Of a stretch of 64,000 bases of DNA, positions 62,115 to 64,000 are shown piece by piece. The first letter of the stretch is position 1. Each line of letters opens with the position of its first letter. The notes beneath the pieces are model-generated. The model did no database searches and was not told the origin of the DNA. It saw nothing but the letters and a program-made list of their open reading frames with translations. Both the position numbers and the translations under genes were made by a program. Source of the DNA: Isurus oxyrinchus (Eukaryota); the NCBI GenBank assembly GCA_026770705.1, contig JANJGN010000052.1, positions 2,976,001 through 3,040,000 on the forward strand. Direction: 5' to 3'.

Positions 62115-64000
62115 AGGTGAGGTGAGAGTGACTGTCTTTGACATCAAGGCTGCATTTGACCGAGTGTGGCATCTAGGATCCCGAGCATAACTGCAATCAA
62201 TGGGAATCAGGGGTGGTACAAAAGCATAATAATTTGCTTAATATTTTCCTGGTTTGTTGTAAACTAGGTTTATGGGTGTGAGTGTAGATGGGTCTGTCTG
62301 TGTGGCTTAATTACATCTGGAGTCAGGTACACTGCAAGTTTGAGATTATCAAAAGAAGCTAGATGTAGAAATGTACTTGAAATGCTAATGAGAACACATG
62401 GAGGCTGTGTTAGCATGTAAGGTGTGAAGGGGTTGTTTAGATTTCAAAGGGATGTTGGTCTGTTTGGGACAAGCCCAATAAGCAAAGCTAAGGAGTTTTT
62501 TTTTTAATTTTACCCAAACTTCATTGACAATATTGGCAACATGAAAGTTTATATTATGGGAAAGGTACAGCTCCAAAGAATTTACACATCAAAGAGAGAG
62601 AAACATGTATAAAGGAGAATGAAAGGCTATGTTGGGGGCCATGTAAGATCTAACAGGAGTGTGTGAAACAGGCTTGAAGAAGCCTCCAGGCATTTGTGCA
62701 TAAGTCTGTTATGTTCAGTAAATAAAGTTGGAGAAATCCATTTAGATTTCCAGTGTCAAGTGTGTGCTGTGTTAACTCGCTGGGTTTGTTTTTAATCTAA
62801 AATCTTATTTTGGACTGTTGCCTTAAACGGGCTCTGTAACTGGGAGTCAGGTTAATTAGGAATTTGAGAATTTATTTTAGCTGTAACTAACCGTGGTATT
62901 ATGTCTGTGCTTGAAATCTTTTATTTTGTTAATAAATATCTTAATCCAATTTTTAAAATCTCTAAAGGTTGTGGTCAACTCATTACTCCTGAATTCAGTG
63001 CACGCTTCTTGTAATAAATACAAATTGCAAAACTATTGTGATAGCATGACCAATTTTCCCTTGTGGATTTGGAGCACCAAGCACACATCATCTGCCATGT
63101 CATATCACAGGGAAAAATCTCCACTCGTTGGATTCATACCAAGTACAAAGGAAGGTGGTTGTGGTTGTTGGAGGTCAGTCATCTCAGTTCCAGGACATCA
63201 CCGCAGGAGTTGCTCAGTGTAGTGTCCTAGGCCCAACCATCTTCAGCTGCTTCATCAATGACATTCATTCTATCAGATGGTCAGAATTATGGATGGTCGC
63301 TGATGATTGCACAACGTTCAACATCATTCATGACTCATCAGATGCTGAAGCAGTCCATGTCCAAATGCAGCAAGACCTGGACAATATCCAGGCTTGGCCT
63401 GACAAGTGGCAAGTAACATTCATGCCAGACAAGTGCCAGGCAATGACCATTTCCAACCAGAGAGAATATATCCATCTCCCCTTAATGTCCAATAGCATCA
63501 CCATTGCTGAATCCCACACTATCAACACTCTGGGGGTTACCAATGACTAGAAACTGAACTGTACTAGCCATATAAACACTGTGACTATAAGAGCAGGCCA
63601 GAGCCTGGGAATCCTGTGGTGAGTAACTCACCTCCTGACTCCCCAAAGCCTGTCCACCAACCTCAAGGCACAGGTCAGAAGTGATGGAATACTCTCCACC
63701 TGCCTAGATGAGTGCAGCTCCAACAACACTCAAGAAGCTCGACACCATCCAGGACAAAGCAGCCCCGCTTGATTTGCGCCCCGTCCACAAACATTCTCTC
63801 CCTCTACAACTGACGCACAGTGGCAGCAGTGTGTGTACCATCTACAAGATGCAACGCAGGGAGTCACCAAGCCTCCTTAGACAGCACCTTCCAAACACAT
63901 GATCACTACCATCTAGAAGGACAAGGGCAGCAGACACATGGGAACACCACCACCTGGAAGTTCCCCTCCAAGTCACTCACCATCCTGACTTGGAAATATA
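62115..64000 (+). mobile_element. Non-LTR retrotransposon RT region interrupted by a solo-LTR-like insert (62214-63109)
   Basis: FDIKAAFDRVWH before the insert; AGVAQCSVLGPTIFSCFIND, ADDCT, WQVTF after it; insert bounded TG..CA and contains AATAAA. Confidence 0.8.

Overview
Vertebrate genomic DNA, inferred to be from a cartilaginous fish (shark-type 33-bp minisatellite, abundant CR1/L2 LINEs). It holds a rearranged cluster of Siglec-like (sialic-acid-binding Ig-like lectin) receptor genes, reconstructed here exon by exon from splice signals and reading phase. Gene A (- strand, ~6.6-10.3 kb) has leader, V-set and C2-set exons, with no TM or tail exon in the window. Gene B (+, ~20.4-42.6 kb) has one leader, two tandem V-set exons, C2, assembly gaps, one TM exon and two duplicated cytoplasmic-tail cassettes with a degenerate ITIM. 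Its first V exon lacks the essential sialic-acid-binding Arg; the second has two extra Cys. Gene C (+, ~45.3-61.9 kb) has leader, V, C2, seven near-identical tandem C2 exons plus two partial ones, TM and an ITIM+ITSM tail (1034 aa without the partial exons). Also present: an orphan first exon, an orphan Tyr-motif terminal exon on the - strand, decayed CR1/L2/Gypsy elements, two retroelement-derived minisatellites (the source of nearly all long spurious ORFs), and a small intronic retro-insertion with a minimal hammerhead-ribozyme-like motif in genes A and C.
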